Source: Candidatus Hadarchaeales archaeon (GTDB lineage Archaea; Hadarchaeota; Hadarchaeia; Hadarchaeales; Hadarchaeaceae). From it: a stretch of DNA of 64,000 nt. Every line of letters begins with the position of its first letter. Positions within the stretch are counted from its first letter, which is position 1. This document shows positions 45,502 through 55,096 of the stretch, one piece after another. The notes under the pieces are model-generated. The model was not told the DNA's origin. It saw only the letters and a program-made list of their open reading frames with translations, and searched no databases. Location: the NCBI GenBank assembly GCA_038851075.1, contig JAWCLG010000001.1:1-64000 (forward strand). Reading direction: 5' to 3'. Made by a program: the position numbers and the translations under genes.

Positions 45502-46527
45502 TCATACCACGGGCTCTATCTCGGGATAAGACTGAAATATGAACCCCGGCGAGTCATCATTTTCCCACCATGGTATCGCCCTGTAATATATTACATAATT
45601 ATCCCAGGATATTCTCCAGACCGGGTACATCCTGCCGATATTTGTCTCAACGCAGGCGGCCACTATGTCCGCATCCGAAGGAACATTCACGAAGCTGTTC
45701 TCGTTCTTCCAGGTCCTGTTCCTGAGGTCCTGAAGTGCCTTGGTGCCAGAGAACAGCCAACCACCTGCAACTGCATTGTCCAGATTCTCGTCGCACGTTA
45801 TCATCGAACCAACGGAGGAACCAACACGATTAACGCCGCTCAGTACCCATGCCCTCATCACATTGCCCACCCTCTGATCGCTCACGTCCCATCTGGTCTC
45901 GAAATAAGCCTCCTCCGCCCCTCTCGTCCACCTAACATAGATGCGGTCCTCCGACGTTGAATAACCAGCTGCAATGTACCCTATGTCTGATAGCGAGAAG
46001 TATGAGGCGATCATTCCCGCCGCGACCCTAGCGCTGTGTTTGGCGAAGTTATAGAATTCCGGTGGAGCGCTTGTGGGCGACACGAATATCTCCATTTCCG
46101 GGGCCTGAACAGGAGACGAGCTGATAATCAGACTCTCACCAACCCTCATGAAGTAAACCCTCCCTCCTGGAAGGAAGCTGCCGTTCTCCACCTTCAGGTT
46201 AAAGTTTACGAATGAGCTGCATTCAGTTCCGTATCCCCTTCCATGGGTAATCCTAACAACGATGACGGAATTATCACGTACCTCCACAGCGTAGTAACTT
46301 CCACCAAGGCTCGGAGGTAGGTCCTTGAAGGGCTGCTCCCCGGAAAGCGCTGCAAATGCAGTTCTGCCGAGCTCATCTGCAAGCGAACTGGCCTCCTCCT
46401 GAACCCTCATGTCCATCTGACGCTCGTAAACGGCCATGAACAGGGCGAATATCAGCATCCCGAGAATCACGCTGTAGAGCACTATAAGCGGGAAGCTGGA
46501 AGCACCTTCCTGACAAATGTCTCTCAG
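45502..46527 (-). CDS. Pilin-like exported protein with class III-like signal peptide
   Basis: CTG start overlapping the upstream stop (CTGA) gives MRDICQEG|ASSFPLIVLYSVILGMLIF; about 341 aa. Confidence 0.65.
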   Translation of the reverse strand: MRDICQEGASSFPLIVLYSVILGMLIFALFMAVYERQMDMRVQEEASSLADELGRTAFAALSGEQPFKDLPPSLGGSYYAVEVRDNSVIVVRITHGRGYGTECSSFVNFNLKVENGSFLPGGRVYFMRVGESLIISSSPVQAPEMEIFVSPTSAPPEFYNFAKHSARVAAGMIASYFSLSDIGYIAAGYSTSEDRIYVRWTRGAEEAYFETRWDVSDQRVGNVMRAWVLSGVNRVGSSVGSMITCDENLDNAVAGGWLFSGTKALQDLRNRTWKNENSFVNVPSDADIVAACVETNIGRMYPVWRISWDNYVIYYRAIPWWENDDSPGFIFQSYPEIEPVV

Positions 46528-46910
46528 ACGCTCACCTCAACACCGTTCTCGACCCTCAGAAGCCTCATGTTCGCGGACGTGCCGCTCAGCGCCGGGCCAG
46601 ATACCTGAATCCCCACGTATACGTTATCGGCCCTGTTCCCGATGATGAAATTTACGGAGCTGTCTCCAAACGAAAGCTCACATCCGGATGGCACATATAT
46701 CTGGAGATGCCATTCTGTGCCGGGGTCCTGAGCCGCAAGGGACCTTATGCGGTTGGCGAGTTCCTCAACACTCCCGGCGAAACGCTGCTCTTCCATCGCC
46801 CTGCTGTATCCGGTGTACAGCACAACGGCCATCGATATGAACATGGCCGCCATGATCGCATACGCCAGGTAGTTCAGCGCTCCCATTCGACCACTGATAA
46901 TTATCTGCAT
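46524..46910 (-). CDS. Pilin-like protein
   Basis: GRMG|ALNYLAYAIMAAMFISMAVVLY, amphipathic helix, beta-rich C-terminus. Confidence 0.65.
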   Translation of the reverse strand: MQIIISGRMGALNYLAYAIMAAMFISMAVVLYTGYSRAMEEQRFAGSVEELANRIRSLAAQDPGTEWHLQIYVPSGCELSFGDSSVNFIIGNRADNVYVGIQVSGPALSGTSANMRLLRVENGVEVSV

Positions 46911-46971
46911 GGTAAAAAAAGAATGTCAAACGTTTTAAAGCAGGAATGTTCATAAGATACGGGTGTACTGA

Positions 46972-47205
46972 ATGGTGAACGCGTACAGCCTCATATCAGC
47001 GGAACCCGGAAAGACTGCCGAGGTTTTCAGAAAGCTGAAAACCCTGCCCGGAGTGAAAAAGGTCGAGGCGGTTGCAGGCCCGTATGACATAGTTGCGAGG
47101 ATAGAGGTAGATTCCCTGGAGGCCCTAACGAAGTCAATTTTCGGGGAGATACGAAGCATACCCGGTGTGACAAACACGACCACTCTGATAGTGGTAGAGA
47201 TATAA
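46972..47205 (+). CDS. Lrp/AsnC ligand-binding-domain-only protein
   Basis: AYSLISAEPGK, AVAGPYDIVARIE, IRSIPGVTNTTTLIV. Confidence 0.9.
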   Translation: MVNAYSLISAEPGKTAEVFRKLKTLPGVKKVEAVAGPYDIVARIEVDSLEALTKSIFGEIRSIPGVTNTTTLIVVEI

Positions 47206-48170
47206 TGGCTCCGAGGATAATCGGGATAGTCGGGCCACAGGGTTCCGGGAAGACAGAGGTAGCAAAAATCCTGTTGGATCACGGCGCCGTTGTTGTGCGG
47301 ATGGGAGACGCGGTATGGGAAGAGACGAAAAGACGCGGGCTTGAGATAAATGAGGAAAATATCGGCAGGGTTGCTGCTGATCTGAGAAGGGAGATGGGTC
47401 CGGCAGCCGTGGCCAAAATCTGCATACCCCTGATAAATGAGAAAGGCCTGGGGGCAAAACTCGTTATCGTCGATGGAATAAGAAGCATCGATGAAGTAGA
47501 AGAATTCAGGCGGGAGTTCGGCCTTAACTTCAGGCTTCTCGCAGTCACAGCGGATAGAAGGCTGAGGATCTCGAGAATCATGAACAGAGGACGGGATGAC
47601 GATGCCAGGAGTGAGGCGGAGTTCGACGAAAAGGACAGGAGGGAAGCCGGCTGGGGGCTACCTGAAGCCATTGAGAGGGCTGATTTCCTCATCCAGAACG
47701 ACGGCACGATTGACCAGCTTAGAGAAAAAATCGAAGGCATCCGTAACAGACTTGTGGGGAGAGGGATGCGCATAACTGTGAGGGCTGAGGTGAAACCAAC
47801 CGAAGACCCGAACAAGGTCAAACGTGCGCTTGAGAGGATATTTCCAGAGATCAAATTTATTTATTCAGACGGACTGCTGGTCGGAGAATCTGGCAATTCC
47901 GAGTCAATTTCAACGTTACGTCGGCTGCTGCGCCAGCAGGCGATACTCGATACCGCCAGGTCGGTGATGATATCAAACATGAAAGATGATGTGACACGCT
48001 TCATGCTGAACAAGCAGGCCGCATTTGTGGGAAAAGTGAGTTTCACGGAAGGTGAAAGCCCTCTGGGACCCATCGAAGTATTATTAAGGGCGGAGGACCC
48101 ACAGCGCCTCATTGATCATCTGGCACCAAGAACCGAAAACGGCAGACCCGTGTGCGAAACCGAATATTAA
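47205..48170 (+). CDS. UPF0200 nucleotide-kinase-like domain fused to UPF0201 (DUF54) domain
   Basis: GPQGSGKT, VDGIRS..E, RGRDDD, then RAEVKPTEDPNKV...QAILDTAR...LNKQAAFVG. Confidence 0.85.
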   Translation: MAPRIIGIVGPQGSGKTEVAKILLDHGAVVVRMGDAVWEETKRRGLEINEENIGRVAADLRREMGPAAVAKICIPLINEKGLGAKLVIVDGIRSIDEVEEFRREFGLNFRLLAVTADRRLRISRIMNRGRDDDARSEAEFDEKDRREAGWGLPEAIERADFLIQNDGTIDQLREKIEGIRNRLVGRGMRITVRAEVKPTEDPNKVKRALERIFPEIKFIYSDGLLVGESGNSESISTLRRLLRQQAILDTARSVMISNMKDDVTRFMLNKQAAFVGKVSFTEGESPLGPIEVLLRAEDPQRLIDHLAPRTENGRPVCETEY

Positions 48171-48195
48171 TTCAGATTAACGCAGATTATATCTG

Positions 48196-49047
48196 ATGAG
48201 CATGTACTATCGCGTTGTGAAAAAGAATAGGCTGGCCCCGGGAATTTTTTCAATAGATATCCACGCTCCCCTGATAGCCAGAAAAGCGAAACCGGGACAG
48301 TTCGTAGTGCTGATGACGGATGAACGGGGGGAGAGGATACCCCTCACAATAGCAGACTGGGACGTATCAGAAGGTTACGTGCGCCTGATATTTGAAGTCG
48401 TGGGCAGAACGACACGCAAGCTCGCCTCGATCGAAGAGAAACAGAACATTTATTCAATTGCTGGGCCACTGGGCAACCCCTCTGAAGTGGGAATCTATGG
48501 AAGGGTCGCGGTCATTGGAGGAGGAGTCGGGATAGCCGCGTGTTACCCTATAGCCAGAGGACTGCGGGAGGCCGGAAATGACGTAATATCAATACTTGGT
48601 GCCAGAAGCGGTGATTTCATAATACTGGAAAGCGAGATGAACAAACTTTCCGAGGTTATAATAACAACCGATGACGGCAGCCGCGGAATAAAGGGGTTTG
48701 TAACCGATGCTCTCAGAGACATTCTTAAAAAAGTGAACCTGAACAGGGTGTGGGCAGTCGGTCCTGCACCAATGATGAAGGCCGTTTCCGACATCACGCG
48801 TGGCACCGGAATAAAAACAATCGTGAGCCTCAACGCAATAATGGTCGATGGTACCGGAATGTGCGGAAGCTGCAGGGTAACGGTCGGAGGAAAAATGAAG
48901 CTCACATGCGTTGATGGGCCAGAGTTCGATGGACATGAAGTAGACTGGAACGAATTCATACCCAGACTCCAGAGGTTTTCTGAGCAGGAAAGCTCCGCTT
49001 ACCACGGAGGTTGTGGTTGCGGTGAACCGTATGAGAGAGAAGACTGA
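48196..49047 (+). CDS. nfnA: NfnA/SudB subunit of electron-bifurcating transhydrogenase
   Basis: PGQFV, ERIPLTIAD, GPLGNP, GGGVG, MVDGTGMCGSCRV, CVDGPEFD. Confidence 0.92.
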   Translation: MSMYYRVVKKNRLAPGIFSIDIHAPLIARKAKPGQFVVLMTDERGERIPLTIADWDVSEGYVRLIFEVVGRTTRKLASIEEKQNIYSIAGPLGNPSEVGIYGRVAVIGGGVGIAACYPIARGLREAGNDVISILGARSGDFIILESEMNKLSEVIITTDDGSRGIKGFVTDALRDILKKVNLNRVWAVGPAPMMKAVSDITRGTGIKTIVSLNAIMVDGTGMCGSCRVTVGGKMKLTCVDGPEFDGHEVDWNEFIPRLQRFSEQESSAYHGGCGCGEPYERED

Positions 49048-50428
49048 GATGGATCCGGTTCCTGTGCCAAAGAGACCTCCCCAGGAGAGAGTTCGCGACT
49101 TTAAAGAAGTTTCTCTGGGCTACTCGGAGGAACAGGCGATTCGTGAGGCTTTGAGGTGCCTTCAGTGCAGAAATCGCCCGTGCGTTAGGGGCTGCCCCGC
49201 GGAGGTGAACATTCCTGGATTCATAAGGAAGATAATCGAGGGAGACTTTGATGGAGCCTGCCTCGAGATAAAGAGAACAAACAGCCTGCCAGCGGTCTGC
49301 GGCAGGGTTTGCCCGCAGGAGGAGCAGTGCCAGCGTTCGTGCGTTTACGCCGCTAAGGGAAAGCCAATTCAGATAGGGGCGCTTGAGAGATTCGTGGCCG
49401 ACCGGGCGACGGGGCGCATGACCGAGATTCCTGCCGAAAAGAAAGGCGGAGATGTGGCCGTCGTGGGCTCCGGTCCAGCCGGGATAACGTGTGCCGCTGA
49501 CCTTGCGAGAATGGGACATCGTGTCACCGTCTTCGAAGCGCTTCACGTTCCCGGTGGAGTCCTTGTCTACGGCATACCCGAGTTCAGGCTCCCCAAGGAG
49601 ATCGTCTCAACGGAAGTTTCATCTCTGGAGAGAATGGGGGTGAAGTTTATCTGTGACTTCGTGGTCGGCATGACGGAAACTGTTGAAGACCTGTTGAACG
49701 AGTTTGACGCTGTTTTCCTATCCAACGGTGCTGGCGCTCCTGAGTTCATGGGCATTCCCGGAGAAAGCCTGAAACAGGTGTACTCCGCAAACGAATTTTT
49801 AACAAGGACCAATCTCATGAAAGCGTATCTTCACCCGGAATTTGACACCCCGATAAACACCGGAAAAACTGTGTCGGTGATAGGGGCCGGGAACGTCGCG
49901 ATGGACGCTGCCAGGACCGCCCTGAGGCTGAAAGCGAACGAGGTGCGCATAGTTTACAGAAGGACGAGGAGCGAATCACCCGCAAGGGCTGAGGAGATAA
50001 CGAATGCGGAGGAGGAAGGAGTCAAATTTGAGTTCCTGACCCTTCCGGTAAGAATCATCGGAGACAGCTGGGGCAACGTGTCGGGAATGGAATGCGTGAA
50101 AATGAGGCTTGGTGAAAGGGATGCCTCAGGAAGGCCGGGTCCAGAGGTCATCAGCGGGTCAAACTTCACTTTGGAGACCGACCTCGTTATAAACGCGATA
50201 GGTACAAAAGCGAACAGGACCGCGCTGAGGGGGGCTGAAGGGATACGCACCAACAGATGGGGATACATTGAAGTCGACCCAGATACGTGCGCAACTTCAA
50301 TGAAAGGCGTATTTGCAGGTGGAGATGTGATTCGGGGTTCTGCCACTGTAATCTCGGCTATAGGTGACGGTAAAAAAGCCGCGAGGTCCATCCACAGTTA
50401 CCTCGCGGGTATAAAAAATGCAGCTTAA
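49031..50428 (+). CDS. nfnB: NfnB/SudA subunit (GltD-like)
   Basis: RCLQC...CVRGCP, CGRVCPQE.QC, GSGPAG, YGIPEFRLPK, GAGNVAMD, FAGGD. Confidence 0.92.
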   Translation: MREKTEMDPVPVPKRPPQERVRDFKEVSLGYSEEQAIREALRCLQCRNRPCVRGCPAEVNIPGFIRKIIEGDFDGACLEIKRTNSLPAVCGRVCPQEEQCQRSCVYAAKGKPIQIGALERFVADRATGRMTEIPAEKKGGDVAVVGSGPAGITCAADLARMGHRVTVFEALHVPGGVLVYGIPEFRLPKEIVSTEVSSLERMGVKFICDFVVGMTETVEDLLNEFDAVFLSNGAGAPEFMGIPGESLKQVYSANEFLTRTNLMKAYLHPEFDTPINTGKTVSVIGAGNVAMDAARTALRLKANEVRIVYRRTRSESPARAEEITNAEEEGVKFEFLTLPVRIIGDSWGNVSGMECVKMRLGERDASGRPGPEVISGSNFTLETDLVINAIGTKANRTALRGAEGIRTNRWGYIEVDPDTCATSMKGVFAGGDVIRGSATVISAIGDGKKAARSIHSYLAGIKNAA

Positions 50429-50452
50429 CGGTCACCGCAAACATTTTTAGAC

Positions 50453-51007
50453 ATGGCAAAAAGCAGTTATGGTTGCATGCCAGAGAACTCGAGACCAAGC
50501 AAGGATGAATACTACCTGAGCATAGCTAAGGCGGTCTGCCAGAGATCACCGTGCATAAGGCGCCAGTTCGGTGCGATAGTCGTCAGGGACGATGTGGTGG
50601 TGTCCACTGGATACAACGGTCCGGCAAGGGGTGTGGTCAACTGCATGGAGGTGGGGTGCCTGAAAAATGAGCTAAACCTACCGCATTACTCAGGATACGA
50701 GAGCTGTGATGCGGTGCACGGGGAAGAAAATTGCATAATCAACGCTGCGAGGCATGGAGCGAGCGTGCTGGGGGGAACGCTGTACCTCTACGGACAGGAG
50801 TTCGGGGATGCCAGGCCCATTGAGGGAAAACCGTGCGACAGGTGCAAGCGTGCGATAATAAACGCGGGAATAAAGGAAGTCGTGACGATGAAACCGGATG
50901 GAAGAATAGTTCGATTTAAGGTTGCGGACTGGGTGAAGGAAGACACAGAAGACTATCTTGCGAAGCTAAAAGATGTCAAAAGGCACAGAAAAGAAAAAAA
51001 GCCATGA
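50453..51007 (+). CDS. dCMP deaminase family protein
   Basis: RPSKDEYYL, STGYNG, VHGEENC, PCDRC; start may be at 50477. Confidence 0.9.
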   Translation: MAKSSYGCMPENSRPSKDEYYLSIAKAVCQRSPCIRRQFGAIVVRDDVVVSTGYNGPARGVVNCMEVGCLKNELNLPHYSGYESCDAVHGEENCIINAARHGASVLGGTLYLYGQEFGDARPIEGKPCDRCKRAIINAGIKEVVTMKPDGRIVRFKVADWVKEDTEDYLAKLKDVKRHRKEKKP

Positions 51008-51022
51008 CGGGGATATATCTCC

Positions 51023-51083
51023 GGGCGATGAAGAGAAGAGGGTTAAGTGATCCCTGAGATGAACTTAGCTTTTACCTGAGCCC
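51023..51083 (+). ncRNA. Candidate box C/D-like (K-turn) small RNA
   Basis: Terminal stem GGGC/GCCC; C box GATGA 51027-51031; internal CTGA 51054-51057 and GATGA 51058-51062; D box CTGA 51076-51079; 61 nt between convergent genes. Confidence 0.6.
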
Positions 51084-51084
51084 A

Positions 51085-51993
51085 CTACCGCCTGAGCGGT
51101 ATGTTTATCTCGTCCAGATCACTTGGGGCGGTCACGTTTTCAAACACGGCGGCTGCATCCTTGAGTAGCTGGGACGTGTCAGTATATCGCGGACTTATGT
51201 GGAAAAGAACCAGCAGCTCCGCGCGCGCCTCCCTCGCAGTTTCAGCGGCCTCTCTTGAAGTGGAGTGCGAGTTCTCAGCCGCCTTATCCCTCAAGTCATC
51301 GGAAAAAGTGGAGTCGTGAATCAGCACGTTCGCTCCGGACGCTAGCTTGACTATTTCATCACACGGCCTTGTATCTCCGGTGTAGACTATCTTCCTTCCA
51401 GACCTGGGGGGACCCATCACATCCTCTGGTCTTACCACCCTGTTTCCCACCCTAACGATCTCGCCCGCCTGGAGCTTCGAAAAATCAGGGCCGGGCCTCA
51501 CGCCGAGCGACTCCGCTTTATCCGGATAAAACCTTCCTGGTCTCTTATCCTCAACAAGAGCATACGCCAGCGATGGAACCGGATGCAGCGCTCTGCGGGC
51601 GAGTATCCTGTATCCTCTCATTTCGATCTCTCCTCCATCCCGCAGACCGCCCACAGAGACATCAAAAGTCAGGCTGTACCTCGGAATCTTGATATATTCC
51701 CACAGTCTCTCCCTGTCCTCCAGCGGACAGTATATTCTGAGCGGCGTGCTTCTTCCGAGAAGAGCCATTGTCTGGATCAACCCGGCAAGGCCCAGAAAGT
51801 GGTCTCCGTGCAGATGCGTTATGAAGATCGAACTTATCTTTAAAGGGCTCAGTCCTGCTCTCGTCATCTGCACCTGAGTCCCCTCACCGCAGTCGAACAG
51901 AAGAAGCTCTTTTTCCCTCCTCACTGCCACAGCCGGAAGCGACCTCGTAGCGGTTGGGATACTGCCGCTGGTGCCGAGAAGGATAATCTTCAA
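51085..51993 (-). CDS. rnz: Ribonuclease Z
   Basis: LGTSGSIP, DCGEGTQ, THLHGDH, GP-rich exosite arm, YTGDTRP, HST, HISPRY. Confidence 0.96.
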   Translation of the reverse strand: MKIILLGTSGSIPTATRSLPAVAVRREKELLLFDCGEGTQVQMTRAGLSPLKISSIFITHLHGDHFLGLAGLIQTMALLGRSTPLRIYCPLEDRERLWEYIKIPRYSLTFDVSVGGLRDGGEIEMRGYRILARRALHPVPSLAYALVEDKRPGRFYPDKAESLGVRPGPDFSKLQAGEIVRVGNRVVRPEDVMGPPRSGRKIVYTGDTRPCDEIVKLASGANVLIHDSTFSDDLRDKAAENSHSTSREAAETAREARAELLVLFHISPRYTDTSQLLKDAAAVFENVTAPSDLDEINIPLRR

Positions 51994-53024
51994 CCCTTCT
52001 TCCTCCTGAAAACCTGTACCTTTCTGGTGAGGCTTCTGTGAACCCTTTGTTCATGAGATTCTATCAGCCTGAATCCGACTCCTGCGGCGATGTCCTCAAG
52101 CTCCACACCGTCCGGAGATGTGATGCACAGATACCCCTTTTCCTTGAGTATCTCCGCAATTGACGGAATAGCCTCTCTGTACAGTTTGACCAGTTCGGAC
52201 CCCATCGTTGAAGCCTGTCTTCCATAGGGCGGGTCGGTGGCCACAGCGTCAGCCTTAACCGGAGGCAGCTTCCGCGCATCCCCGACCATCAGCTGAAAGT
52301 TCGTTATTCCAAATGCCTCAAGGTTTTTTCTGCTCCCTTCAATCATTTCCTTCTCAGCGTCAACGCCTATCAGTGTGGCCCCGATCAGCCCGGCCTCTAT
52401 GAGTATCCCGCCAACACCGCAAAAGGGATCCATAAAAGTCCCCCTTCTCGGGGTTCTCGCCAGGTTTACCATGCAGCGTGAAAGTATAGGGGGGAGGGTA
52501 CTCGGATGAAACGCCGGGCGTGCACTCGGTCTTCTCCTCAGGAACTGTTTTCTGTCGACCGACGCCAGGCTTGTTCCGAAAACGCAGACCTCCCCGGTCA
52601 GCACCCCCAGCAGCTCCACCTGCGGATGCGTGAGGTCGACCGTGAACTCAATCTCGCTGGCGATCATGTCCGCTATCTCTCTGGAGAGTACGATCGGGTC
52701 TATATGGGGTGCGCTGTTTTTGATCCTCGTAATCCTCACCGCAAACGTTCTCCCGTGAGGAATTATGTCGAGGAGATCAGAACTTCCAACAGCGCCGAGT
52801 ATATCGTCGCCGGCGCTGACAGTGCAGAGGTGCTGATATATGCCCCTCGTCATCGAAAGCCTTGAGGCGAGAACTTCCGGATTCACGCCGGTTTCCGCGA
52901 GAAGAACCTGTTCGAACTGCTCCACCACCTTGAAAGCCTTGTGCTCCGCCTGCATCGCTGCCTGCGCCTCAGCTGACGGCAGGGTTGGATGCTCACCCGA
53001 GAGCAGGAACATCAGGACTGCCAT
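51990..53024 (-). CDS. tRNA (guanine-10-N2) methyltransferase Trm-G10 with THUMP domain
   Basis: LSGEHPTLP.AE, RPAFHP, MVNLAR, DPFCGVGG, TDPPYG, VHRSLTR. Confidence 0.9.
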   Translation of the reverse strand: MAVLMFLLSGEHPTLPSAEAQAAMQAEHKAFKVVEQFEQVLLAETGVNPEVLASRLSMTRGIYQHLCTVSAGDDILGAVGSSDLLDIIPHGRTFAVRITRIKNSAPHIDPIVLSREIADMIASEIEFTVDLTHPQVELLGVLTGEVCVFGTSLASVDRKQFLRRRPSARPAFHPSTLPPILSRCMVNLARTPRRGTFMDPFCGVGGILIEAGLIGATLIGVDAEKEMIEGSRKNLEAFGITNFQLMVGDARKLPPVKADAVATDPPYGRQASTMGSELVKLYREAIPSIAEILKEKGYLCITSPDGVELEDIAAGVGFRLIESHEQRVHRSLTRKVQVFRRKKG

Positions 53025-53031
53025 GAAGCGC

Positions 53032-53901
53032 TCACCCTAAGGCTTCCGCGATGAGCCCGGATACTGAAACCCTGCTCACTTCCCGCTCTATGGTATCCGT
53101 TGATATTACATCTTTCACTCCGGCCCTCTTCATCCTGACCAGCGCATTGCCGCTCAGGACCGGATGCGTGCATGCTGCGTAGACCGCTCTGGCGCCCATC
53201 CTCCTCAGGCTCTTCGAGGACTCGGCGATGGTGCCACCGGTGCTTATTATGTCGTCGAGCAGTATTATGTCCCTTCCCCTCACATCAAAGCTCACCGGAG
53301 AGACCTCTACCTTTTCCGGAGATATTCTTCTCTTCTCAACATGGCTGTAATCCGCCCCCATCTCAAGCGCGGCGATCCTCGCCCTTTCTTCCGCACCCCT
53401 GTCGGCCCCGAGAACTATCGGTCTCTTCAGCCTCATCCTTTTTAGGTGCTCCCCGATGGCACGCGCGGCAGTTAGGTCAATCGCCCTTATCGAAAAGTGC
53501 GAGAGGGTTTCCCTGTGATGAATATCAACAGTTATGAATCCGTCCGCCCCGGCGCCCTCGATGAGCCTGCACACCGTCTTCACGCTGAGCGCTTCTCCAG
53601 GCCTGAAGCGCCTGTCCTGCCTGGCGTACGCGAGATACGGCACGACGGCGATAATCTCCTTAGCCCCCATGTCTCTGAGAAGATCCGTGATGAAGAGAAG
53701 CTCCATCAGATTTTCGTCCTGAGGGGCTGCCGTTGACTGAACGACCACGGCTTTCTCTCCGTCCACCCGCTCCACAATCCTGACGTAGAGCTCTCCATCC
53801 GGAAAACGTTTAACCTCTGGCCTGATTATCCTGCAGCACAGCTTTTTCGATAGCCTTGCAGATAGAAGGGGCGATGCAGACCCTGATACGACCGCTACCA
53901 T
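53032..53901 (-). CDS. prs: Ribose-phosphate pyrophosphokinase
   Basis: FPDGELYVRI, PYLAYARQD, DDIISTGGT, CTHPV; true start is ATG 53901. Confidence 0.95.
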   Translation of the reverse strand: MVAVVSGSASPLLSARLSKKLCCRIIRPEVKRFPDGELYVRIVERVDGEKAVVVQSTAAPQDENLMELLFITDLLRDMGAKEIIAVVPYLAYARQDRRFRPGEALSVKTVCRLIEGAGADGFITVDIHHRETLSHFSIRAIDLTAARAIGEHLKRMRLKRPIVLGADRGAEERARIAALEMGADYSHVEKRRISPEKVEVSPVSFDVRGRDIILLDDIISTGGTIAESSKSLRRMGARAVYAACTHPVLSGNALVRMKRAGVKDVISTDTIEREVSRVSVSGLIAEALG

Positions 53902-53947
53902 GCAATCCACGCAATCATTTATTTTGCCTCTTAAAAAATGTACTTGG

Positions 53948-55036
53948 ATGTGGAGAGCATACAGGCCGGATGCGCTTGAGGTCCTGAACGACAGAACTGC
54001 GAGGTCTTCACTCAAAAGGTACTTCGATGTAATGGAGGACAGGGCACCGGCCAGATTCGTTCTGTGCCGGAGCATAGAGGTCAAAGCAGACCTCTCGACC
54101 GGGACCGATGTCCTCTGGAAGATGCACGAAGAAGGAATGCGAACTCTTGTGTCATACATCGGACAAAGGTACGCTTCTGAAAAAACAGATGAACTTCCCT
54201 GCCCGGAAGTCTCGCTTCTGGACCTGAAGATAGAACTCGCGAAAAGAATGCTGAAATCATGCCATTTCTGCGAGAGGAGATGCGGGGTCGACCGCACATC
54301 AGGAAAAACGGGGTTCTGCGGGGTCGGGGCGAACCCCAGGATAGCCTCTGAGTTCATGCATTACGGAGAGGAGCCCGAGCTGGTGCCCAGCTACACGTTG
54401 TTCTTCGCCGGATGCACTTTCAGATGCGCCTTCTGCCAGAACTACGACATATCCCAGGACCCACGCGCCGGCGTCGAGGCTTCACCAAGAATTATGGCGA
54501 AAATGGTCAGTAAAGCCAGGAGGGATGGGGCCAGAAACGTCAACTGGGTCGGCGGCTCCCCCACTCCCAACCTGCATGCGATACTGGAGGCTCTGAAGAT
54601 GTGCGAGGTCAACATCCCCTCGGTGTGGAACTCCAACTTCTACATGACCGAGGAGAGCATGCGCCTGCTTGGCGGCACGCAGGATATCTACCTATCTGAC
54701 TTCAAGTACGGCTCGGATCTATGCGCCTCTCGCCTATCAGGTGTTTCTGGATATCTCAGTGCTGTGAAACGCAACCACCTGCTTGCGCTAGAGGACTCAG
54801 AACTGATAATCCGCCATCTGGTCATGCCAGGACACATCGAATGCTGCACCCGTCCGGTGCTGCAGTGGATATCAAAAAACCTTGGAAAGAACGTCAGAAT
54901 CAACGTGATGGCGCAGTACAGGCCATGCTACAGGGCTGGGGAATACGAGGAACTGAAGAGGACTGTAACATGGGACGAGATGAAAACCGCGCTCAGGATA
55001 GCGGAGGAGTGCGGGATGAAAAACGTGATAAGCTGA
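53948..55036 (+). CDS. PflX-like radical SAM protein
   Basis: CHFCERRCGVDR, HYGEEPEL, GCTFRCAFCQN, GGSPTP, IRHLVMPGH.ECC, MAQYRP. Confidence 0.88.
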   Translation: MWRAYRPDALEVLNDRTARSSLKRYFDVMEDRAPARFVLCRSIEVKADLSTGTDVLWKMHEEGMRTLVSYIGQRYASEKTDELPCPEVSLLDLKIELAKRMLKSCHFCERRCGVDRTSGKTGFCGVGANPRIASEFMHYGEEPELVPSYTLFFAGCTFRCAFCQNYDISQDPRAGVEASPRIMAKMVSKARRDGARNVNWVGGSPTPNLHAILEALKMCEVNIPSVWNSNFYMTEESMRLLGGTQDIYLSDFKYGSDLCASRLSGVSGYLSAVKRNHLLALEDSELIIRHLVMPGHIECCTRPVLQWISKNLGKNVRINVMAQYRPCYRAGEYEELKRTVTWDEMKTALRIAEECGMKNVIS

Positions 55037-55096
55037 TCCGTCGGCCGTTAAACCGATAGAGTATAATAGGCACGTGAAATCGTAAAGAGGGGGAAT

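Noticed and set aside
47205-48170. UPF0200-UPF0201 fusion as a novelty
   Set aside because: The same fusion is already known in other archaea such as Archaeoglobus
48196-50428. Glutamate synthase small subunit partnering the GltB-like gene
   Set aside because: The tandem SudB/SudA arrangement fits NfnAB better
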